A model generated the notes under the pieces. It saw nothing but the letters and a program-made list of their open reading frames with translations, did not search any database and had not been told where the DNA came from. Below, one piece after another: positions 7,514 through 18,077 of a stretch of DNA of 28,372 nucleotides. Location of the stretch: NCBI RefSeq assembly GCF_003086415.1, contig NZ_QEFP02000010.1, positions 1 through 28,372 on the forward strand. Reading direction: 5' to 3'. A program made the translations under genes and the position numbers. This DNA is from Candidatus Nanobsidianus stetteri. Lineage in GTDB: Archaea; Nanobdellota; Nanobdellia; Nanobdellales; Nanobdellaceae. Position 1 is the stretch's first letter. Every line of letters starts with the position of its first letter.

Positions 7514-7753
7514 ATTTTTCTTTAATAAATTTTTTATTTTTAATAAATATTTTAGAAAAATCAAAAAGGTTAGAAATTGCAATTTATTAAACTAGATAAT
7601 GAGAAAGGTTTATTAATAGAAAAATTTTTATATAAGTAAATACAAAATTTGATATAAGCTTTAGTATAGTATAGTTAAATGAATAATATTTAATTAAATA
7701 ATATAAAAAGTATTATCGACATAATAAAAGTTATAGATTATCTATATAAATGC

Positions 7754-8248
7754 TTATTTTGCATAGTTTAATGCACAACAGATTTGAGAAGGAAAAAGAA
7801 TATTATAAAGGGATAGTGCAATAATAATAAAAATAATATAAGCAAAAAAAGTCGCAAATGACATAAAAATAGCTACTCTTAAATTTACATTGGACAGAAA
7901 TTTATAAGCAATTAGATTTGTTATAAAAACCGAAATTAGAATTACTAAAATGACTGTAAATATTTCTAAGGTTATTATGGTTGCATCAATAGGGTATGAA
8001 GAATATATAAAGTTAAAGATAATTATTGTAAAAATAAAAATTATAAAAGATGATATTCCTGAAAGAGAAGTAATAGTCCAAGTTCTAGAAAATGATATAT
8101 TTAAATTAAAATAACTTTTAGCAAATGAATAAATAAGTTTTGAAAATATATATGAATATCCGATCCAACCTAACATAAAAGGTGACAAGAATATTAGAAG
8201 GTTTTTTACTGCAATAATTACTGATGTTATCATGCTTAAACTAGCCAT
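7754..8248 (-). CDS. hypothetical integral membrane protein (164 aa, about 5 hydrophobic segments)
   Basis: The ORF contains repeated stretches of 20 or more hydrophobic residues. No motif recognised. The AT-rich background makes Ile/Phe-rich ORFs less reliable. Confidence 0.45.
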   Translation of the reverse strand: MASLSMITSVIIAVKNLLIFLSPFMLGWIGYSYIFSKLIYSFAKSYFNLNISFSRTWTITSLSGISSFIIFIFTIIIFNFIYSSYPIDATIITLEIFTVILVILISVFITNLIAYKFLSNVNLRVAIFMSFATFFAYIIFIIIALSLYNILFPSQICCALNYAK

Positions 8249-8441
8249 TTTATAATATATTATTGCCTTATATATAAATATATTTTGAGGATTATTAGAG
8301 TGTTATTATTGTTATAATTGAAATATCTATGTCTATGAAGAATTTTATCAAAAATAATTTAGTGAGAGTAATATTATTTATTTATATTAATTGAATAAAA
8401 TTGGTTATGAAAAATATTTATGTTCTTATAATTAATAAAAT

Positions 8442-8573
8442 CTATTTTCCAGATAATATATTCATTAATTCTTTAAATCCTCCCAATTCTTCTTTAGAAA
8501 TTCCATATAATTCAGCAACTGCCAAATCAATTTCATCTTCAACTTTCCTAAGTTCTTCATTTGCATTAATAGT
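8442..8573 (-). pseudogene. orphan C-terminal fragment (TINANEELRKVEDEIDLAVAELYGISKEELGGFKELMNILSGK), second copy of the 2372-2503 module
   Basis: About 150 bp (8428-8575) aligns with 2355-2512. The upstream part of track ORF 8442..8648 overlaps the metallopeptidase gene and is not conserved. Confidence 0.5.
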
Positions 8574-8574
8574 T

Positions 8575-8925
8575 TTAAAGTAGTTTAGTTCTAAGATTAG
8601 ATTTTTGTATTGCACTATATATTTCTGTTTCATATTTAGTAATTTCATCCATACTATAAATAGAAAGAAGTTTATTTAGAAATTTTGCTCCATGACCTTT
8701 GGTGTTAGTTAATTTATGAATTACTTCATGAACTATAATATATGTAAGACAATCTTCACTAACATTTTTGAAAATATCTTCGTTTATTACAATAAGATCT
8801 TTTTCCCAATCATAATATGCTATCGCTCTAATTTTTTTAGTTAATATTTTAATTGAATCAACTTTTGTTAAATCTATTACTTTAGATTTTATATTTTCAA
8901 TATCAATTTTTGTTGTCATTTTCAT
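8575..8925 (-). CDS. small HExxH zinc metallopeptidase-like protein (DUF45/YgjP-like), last gene of the Type I R-M operon
   Basis: VHEVIHK (HExxH) followed by GHGAKF. It overlaps the hsdR 3' end by 23 nt. COG1451/DUF45 proteins are commonly linked to Type I R-M loci. Confidence 0.6.
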   Translation of the reverse strand: MKMTTKIDIENIKSKVIDLTKVDSIKILTKKIRAIAYYDWEKDLIVINEDIFKNVSEDCLTYIIVHEVIHKLTNTKGHGAKFLNKLLSIYSMDEITKYETEIYSAIQKSNLRTKLL

Positions 8926-11900
8926 ATAACCATCTAATTATCTGATCCTTTATTTTCTCAACTAATTCGACTTTAATATATCTGTCTTCTATTTTTATAT
9001 TTTTACAGTTCTTTACAATATCTATCTTTAATAGCTTTTCTAGCTCGCTTTCTTTGCTATCTATAATATATTTTGCATCTTTGAAAGATTTATTTTTTAT
9101 CATATCTTTTATCTTATTTAGAAAATCTGATAGCTTATTGAAATTTATTTCTTTACAAGATTCGCCAAATTCTTCAGTTAATGCTAATCTTATAGAATAT
9201 AGTATTTTATCTATATCATTCATTTTATTTCTATTTTCAGAATATTTCGTTATTTGATCATAAATTGATTTCAATTGACGTAATATCTCTTTAGTATCTT
9301 GTTTTCTAGCAATCCAGTCTTCTTCTAATTTATTTAATATTTCCGATACTTTTTTATAAAAAGGATCAATGTCTATATCTTCTTCTATTTTCTTATGTAT
9401 TACTAGAAAATATGCATATGTTTTATTTTTAATCTCTTTTTCAGATATTTCAGCCATTTTTTCTAAGATTTTATCATTAATAATTGCACTTTCATCTTCT
9501 TTAAATCTTTCAATTTCCGTTTTATCGTAGATCAAATCTAGTATTTCGTTGAGTAATTTATTTAAACCTTTTATTTTTTTATTTTGTTGACTATTTATTA
9601 ATCTTAATAAAATTTTAACTGTATCTATATCATCTTTATATATTATTTTAGTTGAGGAATTATTATATGGAGATAGAGAATTATAGAATTTTATAACTTT
9701 AACTAAACTATTTATTGTAGACTTTAAATTACTAATTTGTTTTGATAAATTTTCATCATATATAGAATCTAAGTTGTTGAAATAATAATAAAATCTTATT
9801 TTTCTTATTTTATCTTCATATTTTTTTATCCAATTTTCTGTCGATTTTATATCTCTTTTAAGTTCATCCAAATCTATACTTAAATTTTCTCCATTAACAT
9901 ATAATGATTTTAGATTATTTTTAACTTTATCAAAGCATTTCTTAAAATTCTCTTCTTCAGTATTTTCATCTTTTAGAGTAGTTTCTAATTCTTCTTCTAT
10001 ATTTTTTATATCTTTTTGTTGCGATAGCAATCTATTATATTTAATTAGTGTCTTCTTTAAATTTGGTAAAAGACCTATAGAATCTACAACTAATCCCGTT
10101 TCTTTTCCAGGGAAGGGTCTATTCACTCTTCCAATAGCTTGAAGTAATTTGTGACTATAAATTGGTTTATCTAAATACATAACTCTTAATTTAGGATAAT
10201 CAAAACCTGTAATAAGCATATCTGTTACTATTAAAATCCTTGGATCCGATGAATTCTTGAAGTTATCTATAATATTAGAATTAATTTCATCAAAATCTTT
10301 AATTCCGTATTTATTTCTTAATTCTTCCATATATTGTCTAATATCAGGATCTGTTTCATTATAATTATATGTCATTACTATTTCAGACCAATTTTTAGCT
10401 TGTTCTCCAAATGTTTCAATTAGATGTTTATCAAGATATCTTTTCATTAATACACATGCTTTTCTATTAGCCATTACTATCATAGCTTTAAATCTAAATT
10501 CTGGTATTTTAATATTAAAATCCTTTGATTTATTGTTTATATCTATCGTTTGTGTATCTTCTAAAATATGTTCTGTAATATATTTGGCCAATGCATCAAT
10601 TCTTTTTGGATTTAGTAGAAATACTTTTATTTCATTTATTATATTTTTTAACTGCTTATCAGAGATATTAATATTATCTTGTTCAAAATATTCACTAATA
10701 TCTTTTCCTTTTCTTTCATTTTTCAAATATTCTTCTATATATTTTTCAATTTCATTTTCATCTAATTGGAATCTTATACTATTTTCTCCTTCCTTTATAG
10801 ACTTATATATTATTGGTAATGTAGCCCCATCTTTAATTGAATCATTTATAGAATAGGCATCTAAATAAAATTCATTCAGATCTGGATAAGAAAATTCTTT
10901 CAGAGTGTTTTTATCTTCATTAAGTATTGGTGTTGCGGTAAAACCTATAGTTATAGCATTGGGAAATGCTAATCTTCTAACAGAAGCTAGTCTACCATAT
11001 TGACTTCTATGTGCTTCATCAATTAAGAATAATATTTCTTTTTTATTGGGAGCTCCTAATTTAAAACATTCTTCAATTTTATTCTTATCATTAAGTTCTG
11101 AACTCTTTATCTTTTCGTATTCTGAAGGATTTGATGTTTTAAGATAATCCAAATATTCATCTTTTAATTTACAAAGAAGATTAATTATTCCTTCTCTTTC
11201 TTCGTTTTCTAAATCTCCTTTTTGAAATTTTTGTATAGTTACTATATAAATTCCACGGGGAGCAGTTTTACCATTGGAAAATTCAGATTCTTTAATTTGT
11301 TTTATTAAATGATGAAGTTCAGAGATACTATTAATCTTAGTAATATTTTTATAATTAGTTAAAAGTTTATCATGTATTTTAGAAAAGGTATCTGAATGTT
11401 GCTTTTCTAGATCTTGTCTATCTACAACTATAAAAATTATAGGACTTCTATCTGAATAATTAAGTAAGAACTTGTAAGCTATAAAGAACATTGTATAAGT
11501 TTTTCCACTTCCAAGCCAATGCCAAATTAAACCTCTATTTTTATTCGATTTTTCATCTAGATATTCTTTTATTCTATTAAAAGATTTTTCTGCAGCTCTA
11601 TATTGATAATATCTGGCAGCTATTCTATAATAATTATTGTCAGATTTTATTACAAAGACATAATATTTTAAAAAATTTAATAAAGTAGTAGGATTTAAAA
11701 GATCATATATATTATCTTTTCCATCTATTTTCCAGATTTGTAGATTTTTTTCTCTAGGTTTATTATCATAATTTGGAAAAATAGGTACATAACCTTTTTC
11801 CTTACCAATTGCAAATCCTATATGAGTCATTTTGGCAAGCTCTGGGGCTTTTATTTCATATATAGAAAGTTGATTTAATGCTTCGTATTCGGTATCTGGA

Positions 11901-12367
11901 AGTTCTCTTTTTATTTCTACTAAAGCTAATGGAATACCATTTATAAATAATGTAAAATCAGGTTCAATAATATCTATACCTTTAAATTTTAATTCATGAG
12001 CATAAATAAATGAATTTTTTGATATATTATCATAGTCAATAAGTTTTAAATTAAGACTAGTAGATGGGTCTTCAGGATTATCAAAGGTTATACCATGTTT
12101 TATATAATCGGAAAATTCTGATAAAGTAGAATTTTGGATTTTTCTTTTTATTTCATTTAAAATCTTATTTATACTATTGTTAGATAATTTATTAAATATA
12201 TCCTTATTTATTTCTCTTATTTTTTTATCTAGTTCTTCCTCTATGATATATGAAGGAGATATACTATGTTCTTTAAGATCAGGATAAGAATTAGTAATAT
12301 TTTTCCATCCTAGCTTTTCGATATTCTTTATAAAGTGATTATGATCTACTGAAATCTCTAGTCTCAT
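8903..12367 (-). CDS. hsdR: Type I restriction enzyme, R subunit (1154 aa)
   Basis: N-terminal PD-(D/E)xK-like motif (IEPDFTLF..LALVEIKRE), helicase motif I LGSGKT and DEAH box LIDEAHRSQ. Its start overlaps the hsdS stop in a 4-nt ATGA. Confidence 0.92.
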   Translation of the reverse strand: MRLEISVDHNHFIKNIEKLGWKNITNSYPDLKEHSISPSYIIEEELDKKIREINKDIFNKLSNNSINKILNEIKRKIQNSTLSEFSDYIKHGITFDNPEDPSTSLNLKLIDYDNISKNSFIYAHELKFKGIDIIEPDFTLFINGIPLALVEIKRELPDTEYEALNQLSIYEIKAPELAKMTHIGFAIGKEKGYVPIFPNYDNKPREKNLQIWKIDGKDNIYDLLNPTTLLNFLKYYVFVIKSDNNYYRIAARYYQYRAAEKSFNRIKEYLDEKSNKNRGLIWHWLGSGKTYTMFFIAYKFLLNYSDRSPIIFIVVDRQDLEKQHSDTFSKIHDKLLTNYKNITKINSISELHHLIKQIKESEFSNGKTAPRGIYIVTIQKFQKGDLENEEREGIINLLCKLKDEYLDYLKTSNPSEYEKIKSSELNDKNKIEECFKLGAPNKKEILFLIDEAHRSQYGRLASVRRLAFPNAITIGFTATPILNEDKNTLKEFSYPDLNEFYLDAYSINDSIKDGATLPIIYKSIKEGENSIRFQLDENEIEKYIEEYLKNERKGKDISEYFEQDNINISDKQLKNIINEIKVFLLNPKRIDALAKYITEHILEDTQTIDINNKSKDFNIKIPEFRFKAMIVMANRKACVLMKRYLDKHLIETFGEQAKNWSEIVMTYNYNETDPDIRQYMEELRNKYGIKDFDEINSNIIDNFKNSSDPRILIVTDMLITGFDYPKLRVMYLDKPIYSHKLLQAIGRVNRPFPGKETGLVVDSIGLLPNLKKTLIKYNRLLSQQKDIKNIEEELETTLKDENTEEENFKKCFDKVKNNLKSLYVNGENLSIDLDELKRDIKSTENWIKKYEDKIRKIRFYYYFNNLDSIYDENLSKQISNLKSTINSLVKVIKFYNSLSPYNNSSTKIIYKDDIDTVKILLRLINSQQNKKIKGLNKLLNEILDLIYDKTEIERFKEDESAIINDKILEKMAEISEKEIKNKTYAYFLVIHKKIEEDIDIDPFYKKVSEILNKLEEDWIARKQDTKEILRQLKSIYDQITKYSENRNKMNDIDKILYSIRLALTEEFGESCKEINFNKLSDFLNKIKDMIKNKSFKDAKYIIDSKESELEKLLKIDIVKNCKNIKIEDRYIKVELVEKIKDQIIRWLYENDNKN

Positions 12368-13656
12368 TTTAGGTCACCTATTGCGATCGAATTTACCCTT
12401 ATCTTGCCCGTCATTAAAGCCGCTAATAATTTTTCTTTCAATTTCTTCATATAATCTAAATATTTTGTTTCAGTCTCAATTTTGTTATCGATTGTTGAAA
12501 GTATTTCTGCTATTTTCTTCTGTTCTTCTAATGGGGGTAGAGGTATCTTAATTGATTTTAATTTGGATGCTTGGATAGTTTTAATGGTAGTTTGTGATGA
12601 AATATTATCCAAATTTTTCTTAAAAAAATCTGATAGGAAAAACTGTTTAAAAAATGGAGGATAGCATCTTAAACGATTGAGCGAAATTTTCATTAAATTA
12701 GCCGTTATGTTTGCTCCTTCTAGAAATTTAGGAACTATAGCAACTTTTCCCAAAGTTCCTCGTACTGATAGAACAAAATCACCTTCATTTAAGATAGTTC
12801 TATAAAATCTTTTAGAAGTTTCTTTTGAAATAAATCTATATTTACTTAGATCGTCTTCAAGTTCTCCATTTTCTTTTATAAGTTCTGCTCTAACTTCCGG
12901 AACCCCTTCATTCATTCCTACATATTTAATATTGTAATAGGTAGGATACCTATATATATCTATAGCTATCTCTTCAAGCTTAACAATTTCCCAATTCTTT
13001 GGTATCTTTCCAATCTCTGTATCTTTAAATTCTTTATGCCATATTTTCCCAGTAATAAGTAAATTTAATGTTTTTTCTTTTAATATTTTTAGTTTTTCAA
13101 TTAAATTTGTTGTATCTATAATTATAGTATCTACAGTATTAAGAATTTCAACAATCTTTTTTTGTTCCTCTAATGGAGGGATAGGGACTGAGCTATTTAA
13201 AACTATTTCAAGTGTAAGATTGGGTTGAGTACTCTTTTTAATAAATTTACTCCAATAAGGTTTGAAGTATAGATACCAATAATATAAAAATTCTGTATCT
13301 ATAATATTCTTATTAGGTATTATTCCTACAATTGCTTGATTTGTCGTTACTGGTATTTTATTAATTGCAACAAATCCTATAGAACCATAAATTGTTAATA
13401 GTAAAGAATTCTCTGGAACTATCCAAGCATTAGAATTTTCTAATCCTTTTTCAGTAATGAATTCTTCAGTATTATATAGATACTTACTAGATTTCGTTAT
13501 ATCTTGTGCCTTTACAAATGGAATATTTCCGTTCCAATACTCGGGAACATTTGTTCTAGGTGTTCCTCCAGATTTTGCTTTTATTATAACATCTTTTAAT
13601 TTTCTTACTTCCCAATCTTTAGGAAATTTTATAAATTCATCATTATATTCACTCAT
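12364..13656 (-). CDS. hsdS: Type I R-M specificity subunit (430 aa, two target-recognition domains)
   Basis: Two TRD halves are each followed by a conserved helix: PIPPLEEQKKIVEILNTVD and PLPPLEEQKKIAEILSTID. It overlaps both hsdM and hsdR. Confidence 0.92.
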   Translation of the reverse strand: MSEYNDEFIKFPKDWEVRKLKDVIIKAKSGGTPRTNVPEYWNGNIPFVKAQDITKSSKYLYNTEEFITEKGLENSNAWIVPENSLLLTIYGSIGFVAINKIPVTTNQAIVGIIPNKNIIDTEFLYYWYLYFKPYWSKFIKKSTQPNLTLEIVLNSSVPIPPLEEQKKIVEILNTVDTIIIDTTNLIEKLKILKEKTLNLLITGKIWHKEFKDTEIGKIPKNWEIVKLEEIAIDIYRYPTYYNIKYVGMNEGVPEVRAELIKENGELEDDLSKYRFISKETSKRFYRTILNEGDFVLSVRGTLGKVAIVPKFLEGANITANLMKISLNRLRCYPPFFKQFFLSDFFKKNLDNISSQTTIKTIQASKLKSIKIPLPPLEEQKKIAEILSTIDNKIETETKYLDYMKKLKEKLLAALMTGKIRVNSIAIGDLK

Positions 13657-15205
13657 TTTTATTAACTATAATTCTAATTATCTCTTTCAATTCCTTTTCC
13701 TTTTCTTCCCTTTCTTTTTTAATCTCTTCTATATTTTTCCATAATTCTTTTATTTCATCTATACTTACAGAATTATTATTCTGAATTTTTGTAACATAAT
13801 TGGATACATTTAAATTGTAATCATTTTTTATTATTTCTTCTATGTCTACTACTCTAGAAAAACCAGGTATTGTTTTAAATTCTTTATATATTTCTACTAT
13901 TTTTTGTATATGTTCATTGCTTAGTTTATTTAATTTTCTAACTTCGAGATGTTTAACATAAAGATCTGTTGCATCTATAAAAAGAATTTTTCTTTTTCTA
14001 TCTTCTTGTTTTTCTTTATTAAATATTATTATTATTCCAGATGCTTGAGTATTATAAAATAATTTTTCTGGAAGTAGAATTATTGCTTCTATCAGATCAT
14101 CATTAACAATTTTTTCTCTGATTGCTTTTTCTTTTCCCTCTCTAAATAAAGCACCTTGATCTAGTATAACTCCAACTTTCTTTTTAGCATAATATAACAT
14201 CAACTGTATCCACGCCCAATCTGCAGTATTATTTGGGGGAAAGCCATATTTGTAAATTTTGCGTAAACTAATATCATTACCCAATATTTCTTCACCATAT
14301 CCATCTTGATTCCATGGAGGATTGGCTACAACATAATCAACTTTAAATTGTGAATTTTCATCAAACTTAAGCTTTTTTAGACTATCTCCTACCTGAATTT
14401 TTATTAAATTTTTTTCAATTCCATGTAATATAAAGTTTAATTTAGCTATTGCTGCCATATCTGGATTATATTCTTGTCCAAATAGACCAACTCTACTAAC
14501 TCCACCTTTTTCTTTTGTATATTTATAAGCTTCTATTAACATTGCTCCAGATCCCATGGCAGGATCTAATATATCAGACCCAGGTTCTGGGTCAATTAAT
14601 CTTATTAATAATTTAATTACTTCATATGGTGTATATACCTCTCCTTCTTTACCTTTGGTTGGAGCAAATTGAGCTAAAATATACATGTAAGCATCTCCTA
14701 TAATATCATAATCAACGTTAGAAAAATCCAACTTATCAAATATTCTTTTTATTTGATCGAGTCTGGCTTTATGTTCGCTTTCCAAATGTGAAATTCCTAA
14801 TTTATCTAATAGAGCTTTCATTAAATCTTTGCTTATAATATCAGGATTTAATTCAGCAAATTTTATTAAAGCATTTTGGAATTCTTCTAAATAATTACTT
14901 TTCTTAGTTATTTCTTTCCATGTTATTAATTCTCTATTATTTTCATCATACATCTTAAAATCAGAGTTTGCTATAATATAAGCTTCTTCTCTAGATAGTC
15001 CTTCTTCTTTAATTATTCGGTTAACTTCACTTTCATATCTATCACTTATGGCTTTATAGAAAAGAAATATTAATAGTGATCTATAATCTAAACCTGTTCT
15101 AATTAAATCAGCACCTTGCTTCAAAGTTGTAAATAAATCTTTTTTTGATAATTTAGTAGAATTATTTAAGTAATCATTAATTGTCTTTTCCATATATTTT
15201 ATCAA
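13649..15205 (-). CDS. hsdM: Type I R-M N6-adenine DNA methyltransferase subunit (518 aa)
   Basis: SAM-binding motif I DPAMGSGAML and catalytic motif IV VVANPPWN. It is the first gene of the overlapping hsdM-hsdS-hsdR operon. Confidence 0.92.
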   Translation of the reverse strand: MIKYMEKTINDYLNNSTKLSKKDLFTTLKQGADLIRTGLDYRSLLIFLFYKAISDRYESEVNRIIKEEGLSREEAYIIANSDFKMYDENNRELITWKEITKKSNYLEEFQNALIKFAELNPDIISKDLMKALLDKLGISHLESEHKARLDQIKRIFDKLDFSNVDYDIIGDAYMYILAQFAPTKGKEGEVYTPYEVIKLLIRLIDPEPGSDILDPAMGSGAMLIEAYKYTKEKGGVSRVGLFGQEYNPDMAAIAKLNFILHGIEKNLIKIQVGDSLKKLKFDENSQFKVDYVVANPPWNQDGYGEEILGNDISLRKIYKYGFPPNNTADWAWIQLMLYYAKKKVGVILDQGALFREGKEKAIREKIVNDDLIEAIILLPEKLFYNTQASGIIIIFNKEKQEDRKRKILFIDATDLYVKHLEVRKLNKLSNEHIQKIVEIYKEFKTIPGFSRVVDIEEIIKNDYNLNVSNYVTKIQNNNSVSIDEIKELWKNIEEIKKEREEKEKELKEIIRIIVNKNE

Positions 15206-15365
15206 TCTATTAAGGGTTTATAAAGATAAAAGTAATATTCATAATTAAAATAATTCTGCTCTAAAGATTAGAACATTATCCTATAGTTTTTATTGATATA
15301 AATTCTCTTATCTGATATGATCCACTATTTTATTATTGTTTAAATCTTTCTGAGAAAGAAAGTAA

Positions 15366-15554
15366 TTATTTGCATCAAAATTTATATCAAAATATAATGA
15401 ATATCAAGAAAGAGCAAAGAAATTATTAGAAAATGCATATCCTGAAATAAAGGATAAAGTAGAAATATTAGATGCAAATAAAATAAAAGGATTAAAAAAT
15501 ATACTAAGTAAATATGGAGATGAAATAAAGAAATTAATAAATTTGGGAAAGTAA
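15366..15554 (+). pseudogene. orphan protein-like C-terminal fragment without a start codon (..NEYQERAKKLLENAYPEIKDKVEILDANKIKGLKNILSKYGDEIKKLINLGK*)
   Basis: The frame is open from the stop at 15363 to the TAA at 15552-15554. Composition is charged and non-repetitive, but there is no ATG, GTG or TTG. The track's antisense ORF 15382..15591 is low-complexity. Confidence 0.3.
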
Positions 15555-15677
15555 ATATTAAGATCATACAATTTTTTAGTCCTTTAAACATATTATCTTA
15601 AGCTATAGATTTACATTATAAAGGGTAATTTAAACGATAATAAACTTTATATATGTATAATTACAATTGGTATAATT

Positions 15678-16060
15678 ATGATTATACAAAATTTCAAAGA
15701 TAGAAAAGAAGAATTAACCTAGGATATGTTTTTGAAGATATAGCAAAACAATTTTTAATAAAAAGCAAATTATTTAAATTTACAAAAATTGGAAAATGGT
15801 GGTATAAAGATAAAGAAATAGATTTGGTTGCATATAATGAAAATACAAAAGATATATATTTTATAGAATGTAAATATTCTGATAATATAAATGCAAAAGA
15901 AGTATTGGAAGATTTAAAAGAAAAATCTGAATATATAAATTTAGATATAAAAAATAAATACTATATAATATTTGCAAAGAGTTTTAAAGAAAGAATTAAA
16001 GAGAATAATTTACATTTATTTGATTTAAAAGATTTAGAAAATATAATATATCGAATATAA
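15678..16060 (+). pseudogene. gutted archaeal ATPase (Arch_ATPase/DUF234-type) gene: 14 N-terminal codons joined out of frame to the C-terminal DUF234-like tail
   Basis: MIIQNFKDRKEELT* (15678-15722) resembles the F-x-[DN]-R-x-x-E-L start of archaeal ATPases. From 15722 another frame reads GYVFEDIAKQFL..IGKWWYKDKEIDLVAY..FIECKYSD.., which is DUF234-like. The P-loop core is absent. Confidence 0.6.
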
Positions 16061-16167
16061 GAATTAAATAATTTGTTGTTATCAATTAATTTCATAATAT
16101 TTTATTAAATATTTTGCAAAATCATCAATTAAAAAATTTTCTAATTTGTTAGAATAATGTAATTATT

Positions 16168-16197
16168 TTTGAAATAAAAATCTAATAAGGGCTAAAA
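16168..16197 (-). terminator. conserved T-rich 3' flank module of cassette P4
   Basis: TTTGAAATAAAAATCTAATAAGGGCTAAAA lies below the stop at 16210. Confidence 0.45.
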
Positions 16198-16209
16198 AAT
16201 TATAGCTTA

Positions 16210-16758
16210 TTAATAATATTGGTAGTGTATATTAATATTAGGTTCTTCCTTTCCATGTCTAGAAGCAGTTACTGTTATACGCATTCTTTGCTGATCACCC
16301 ATATCTGTAAATGCTTCTGGCTTTGATACACCTAATGCAATTAGAACTAAATATTTCATACCATCTAGGAAATTAGCGATTTGGGGCAAATCAGATAATT
16401 CAAATGATGACTTACTGCTATAATGAGTGCAGCGAAGTTTATTAGGTGAAAATGTAGAGTTCGAATGACATTCAATTTCATCCTTGTCTTTTAGAGAATT
16501 AAGAACGTATAATGTAAAATCATAGTTATCGCACTGAATACCTCCATACATACCTTTACGACAATCCAAACTACCTGCTAAAGAGTATCCTCTCACCCCA
16601 AATTCTTTTATTCCAAAGTCGTTGGTAGCCTTTTCTTTCACATATGCAGCCGTTCCTAGTAATAAGCTATCTAGTTGGCTTCCAATAAGTTGTAACCCTT
16701 TATTAATTTTTTCTCCCTGTATTTTTTCAGGTTCTTTATATAGTTGTTGGCCGTCCAT
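16210..16758 (-). CDS. cassette-family protein P4 (182 aa from the conserved ATG; subtype C, 4-Cys)
   Basis: The ATG at 16758 gives MDGQQLY in the conserved CCATACTA context; the track start at 16770 is less likely. Cys ladder C-x9-C-x20-C-x12-C. The motifs YGGIQC, EIECHSNS and LRCTHYS are shared with P3. Confidence 0.8.
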   Translation of the reverse strand: MDGQQLYKEPEKIQGEKINKGLQLIGSQLDSLLLGTAAYVKEKATNDFGIKEFGVRGYSLAGSLDCRKGMYGGIQCDNYDFTLYVLNSLKDKDEIECHSNSTFSPNKLRCTHYSSKSSFELSDLPQIANFLDGMKYLVLIALGVSKPEAFTDMGDQQRMRITVTASRHGKEEPNINIHYQYY

Positions 16759-16777
16759 ACTATATATCATATGAGAA

Positions 16778-16791
16778 AAATTTATAAATTT
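16778..16791 (-). promoter_or_regulatory. TATA-like promoter core of P4 (AAATTTATAAATTT)
   Basis: Perfect 14-bp palindrome centred about 26 nt upstream of the ATG at 16758. Confidence 0.55.
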
Positions 16792-16900
16792 ATCCTACAC
16801 CATAGCTATATAATTGTAACAAACAAATATTTTTAAAAATAAAATGTTTGTGATTATAAATTCAAAAAATAAAAGATAATAATAGAATAATATAACTACT

Positions 16901-16930
16901 TTTGAAATAAAAAATCTATAAAGGCTAAAA
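16901..16930 (-). terminator. conserved T-rich 3' flank module of cassette P5
   Basis: TTTGAAATAAAAAATCTATAAAGGCTAAAA lies below the stop at 16936. Confidence 0.45.
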
Positions 16931-16935
16931 AATAG

Positions 16936-17613
16936 TTATGACTTAGAAGAGCGATTTAAGTACCACCAGGTAATATTAACATTAAATCCATTCTCATTAT
17001 ATTTAAATTCATTATTATATTCACTTTTATGTATACTTATTAATGGATTTGCTTTTATTTGATTGTCTGGATACCCCGAAGCCTTTATGACTATATTCAT
17101 ACTTTTATTACCCATATTTGTAAGTTCTCCTTGATCTAATATATCATATAATATATTTAGAGTTGATTTTTTTATATCTTCTGGGAAAGGACATTTTTGA
17201 AGAGGATCTGATAACGTAAATTTTTTACCATTATAATCAGAGCATATAATTTTATAAAGTAGTGGGTTTAAATGACATGAAAGTACTTTTCTATTACCTT
17301 TTTTATTATAATAAATATATATTGTAAGATAACCATATTCACCTTTATTATAAAAGTCTTCTATAAGATATGTAAGATAATTATATCCATGCCTCTTAAG
17401 TTTACTAGTAATTTCATTAAAATCAAAATATTTAGGGTAACTTAAACCTATGGATGCATCGAATATTCCTATTTCAGATATGCCAACCTTTTCTAGTGCT
17501 TTTTTAACCACTTCACTTAATGAGCTCTTTAGTTTTTTTATATCATATTCTAGTTCCCATTGTTTAATTTTTTTCATTAAATCGGAACTTTTATATAGAT
17601 ATTGACTGTCCAT
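16936..17613 (-). CDS. cassette-family protein P5 (225 aa; subtype A)
   Basis: MDSQYLY start, IKKLKSSLSEVVKKALEKVGISE, a Tyr-rich insert, KIICSDYNGKKFTLSDPLQKCPFPEDIKKSTLNIL and NMGNKS. It has the conserved flanks. Confidence 0.8.
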   Translation of the reverse strand: MDSQYLYKSSDLMKKIKQWELEYDIKKLKSSLSEVVKKALEKVGISEIGIFDASIGLSYPKYFDFNEITSKLKRHGYNYLTYLIEDFYNKGEYGYLTIYIYYNKKGNRKVLSCHLNPLLYKIICSDYNGKKFTLSDPLQKCPFPEDIKKSTLNILYDILDQGELTNMGNKSMNIVIKASGYPDNQIKANPLISIHKSEYNNEFKYNENGFNVNITWWYLNRSSKS

Positions 17614-17633
17614 ACTATTACATTATATAAGAA

Positions 17634-17647
17634 AAATTTATAAATTT
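17634..17647 (-). promoter_or_regulatory. TATA-like promoter core of P5 (AAATTTATAAATTT)
   Basis: Perfect palindrome centred about 27 nt upstream of the ATG at 17613. Confidence 0.55.
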
Positions 17648-18077
17648 ATCTTATACTATAGTTATATAATTGTAACAAACAAATATTTTTAAAAATAAAA
17701 TATCTATAATTATGAAATCAGGGCATAATAATTATTTGATAGTCTAATCGTCTTCTATTTAAGTTCTCTGGATAGTTGTTAAATAATTTAATATTAAAGT
17801 ATGATATAAAATTCTTGAAAATTAATGTATAAAATATAAGAATTAAATAACTTGTTGTCAATTCTTGAGTTAAATAGATTAGTATTATACTTAACCAGAT
17901 CTCTTTACTTTTTCGGCAAGTCAAAGTTCTAAGCGTTTTTGGCCAATCTGTAGTATGTTAGCATACTTCTTGAAGATAATCTCAAATAAAGATCTATTAT
18001 CATCTAGACTAGGTTATCTAGTCAGGCAACTAAGAGTTCTTTATCATAAAAGTTAAGGTACCTTACACTAAGTCTCT

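Noticed and set aside
12490-13200. Internal direct repeats in hsdS (the two PLEEQKKI.EIL-encoding segments) as a special shufflon
   Set aside because: These are the normal central and C-terminal conserved helices of every Type I S subunit. There are no inverted hsdS fragments and no recombinase nearby.
15300-15350. C/D-box-like strings (CTGATATGATCC ... CTGA) upstream of the hsdM-proximal debris
   Set aside because: The C-box candidate ATGATCC lacks the required GA, and the spacing does not fit the 12-nt guide architecture.
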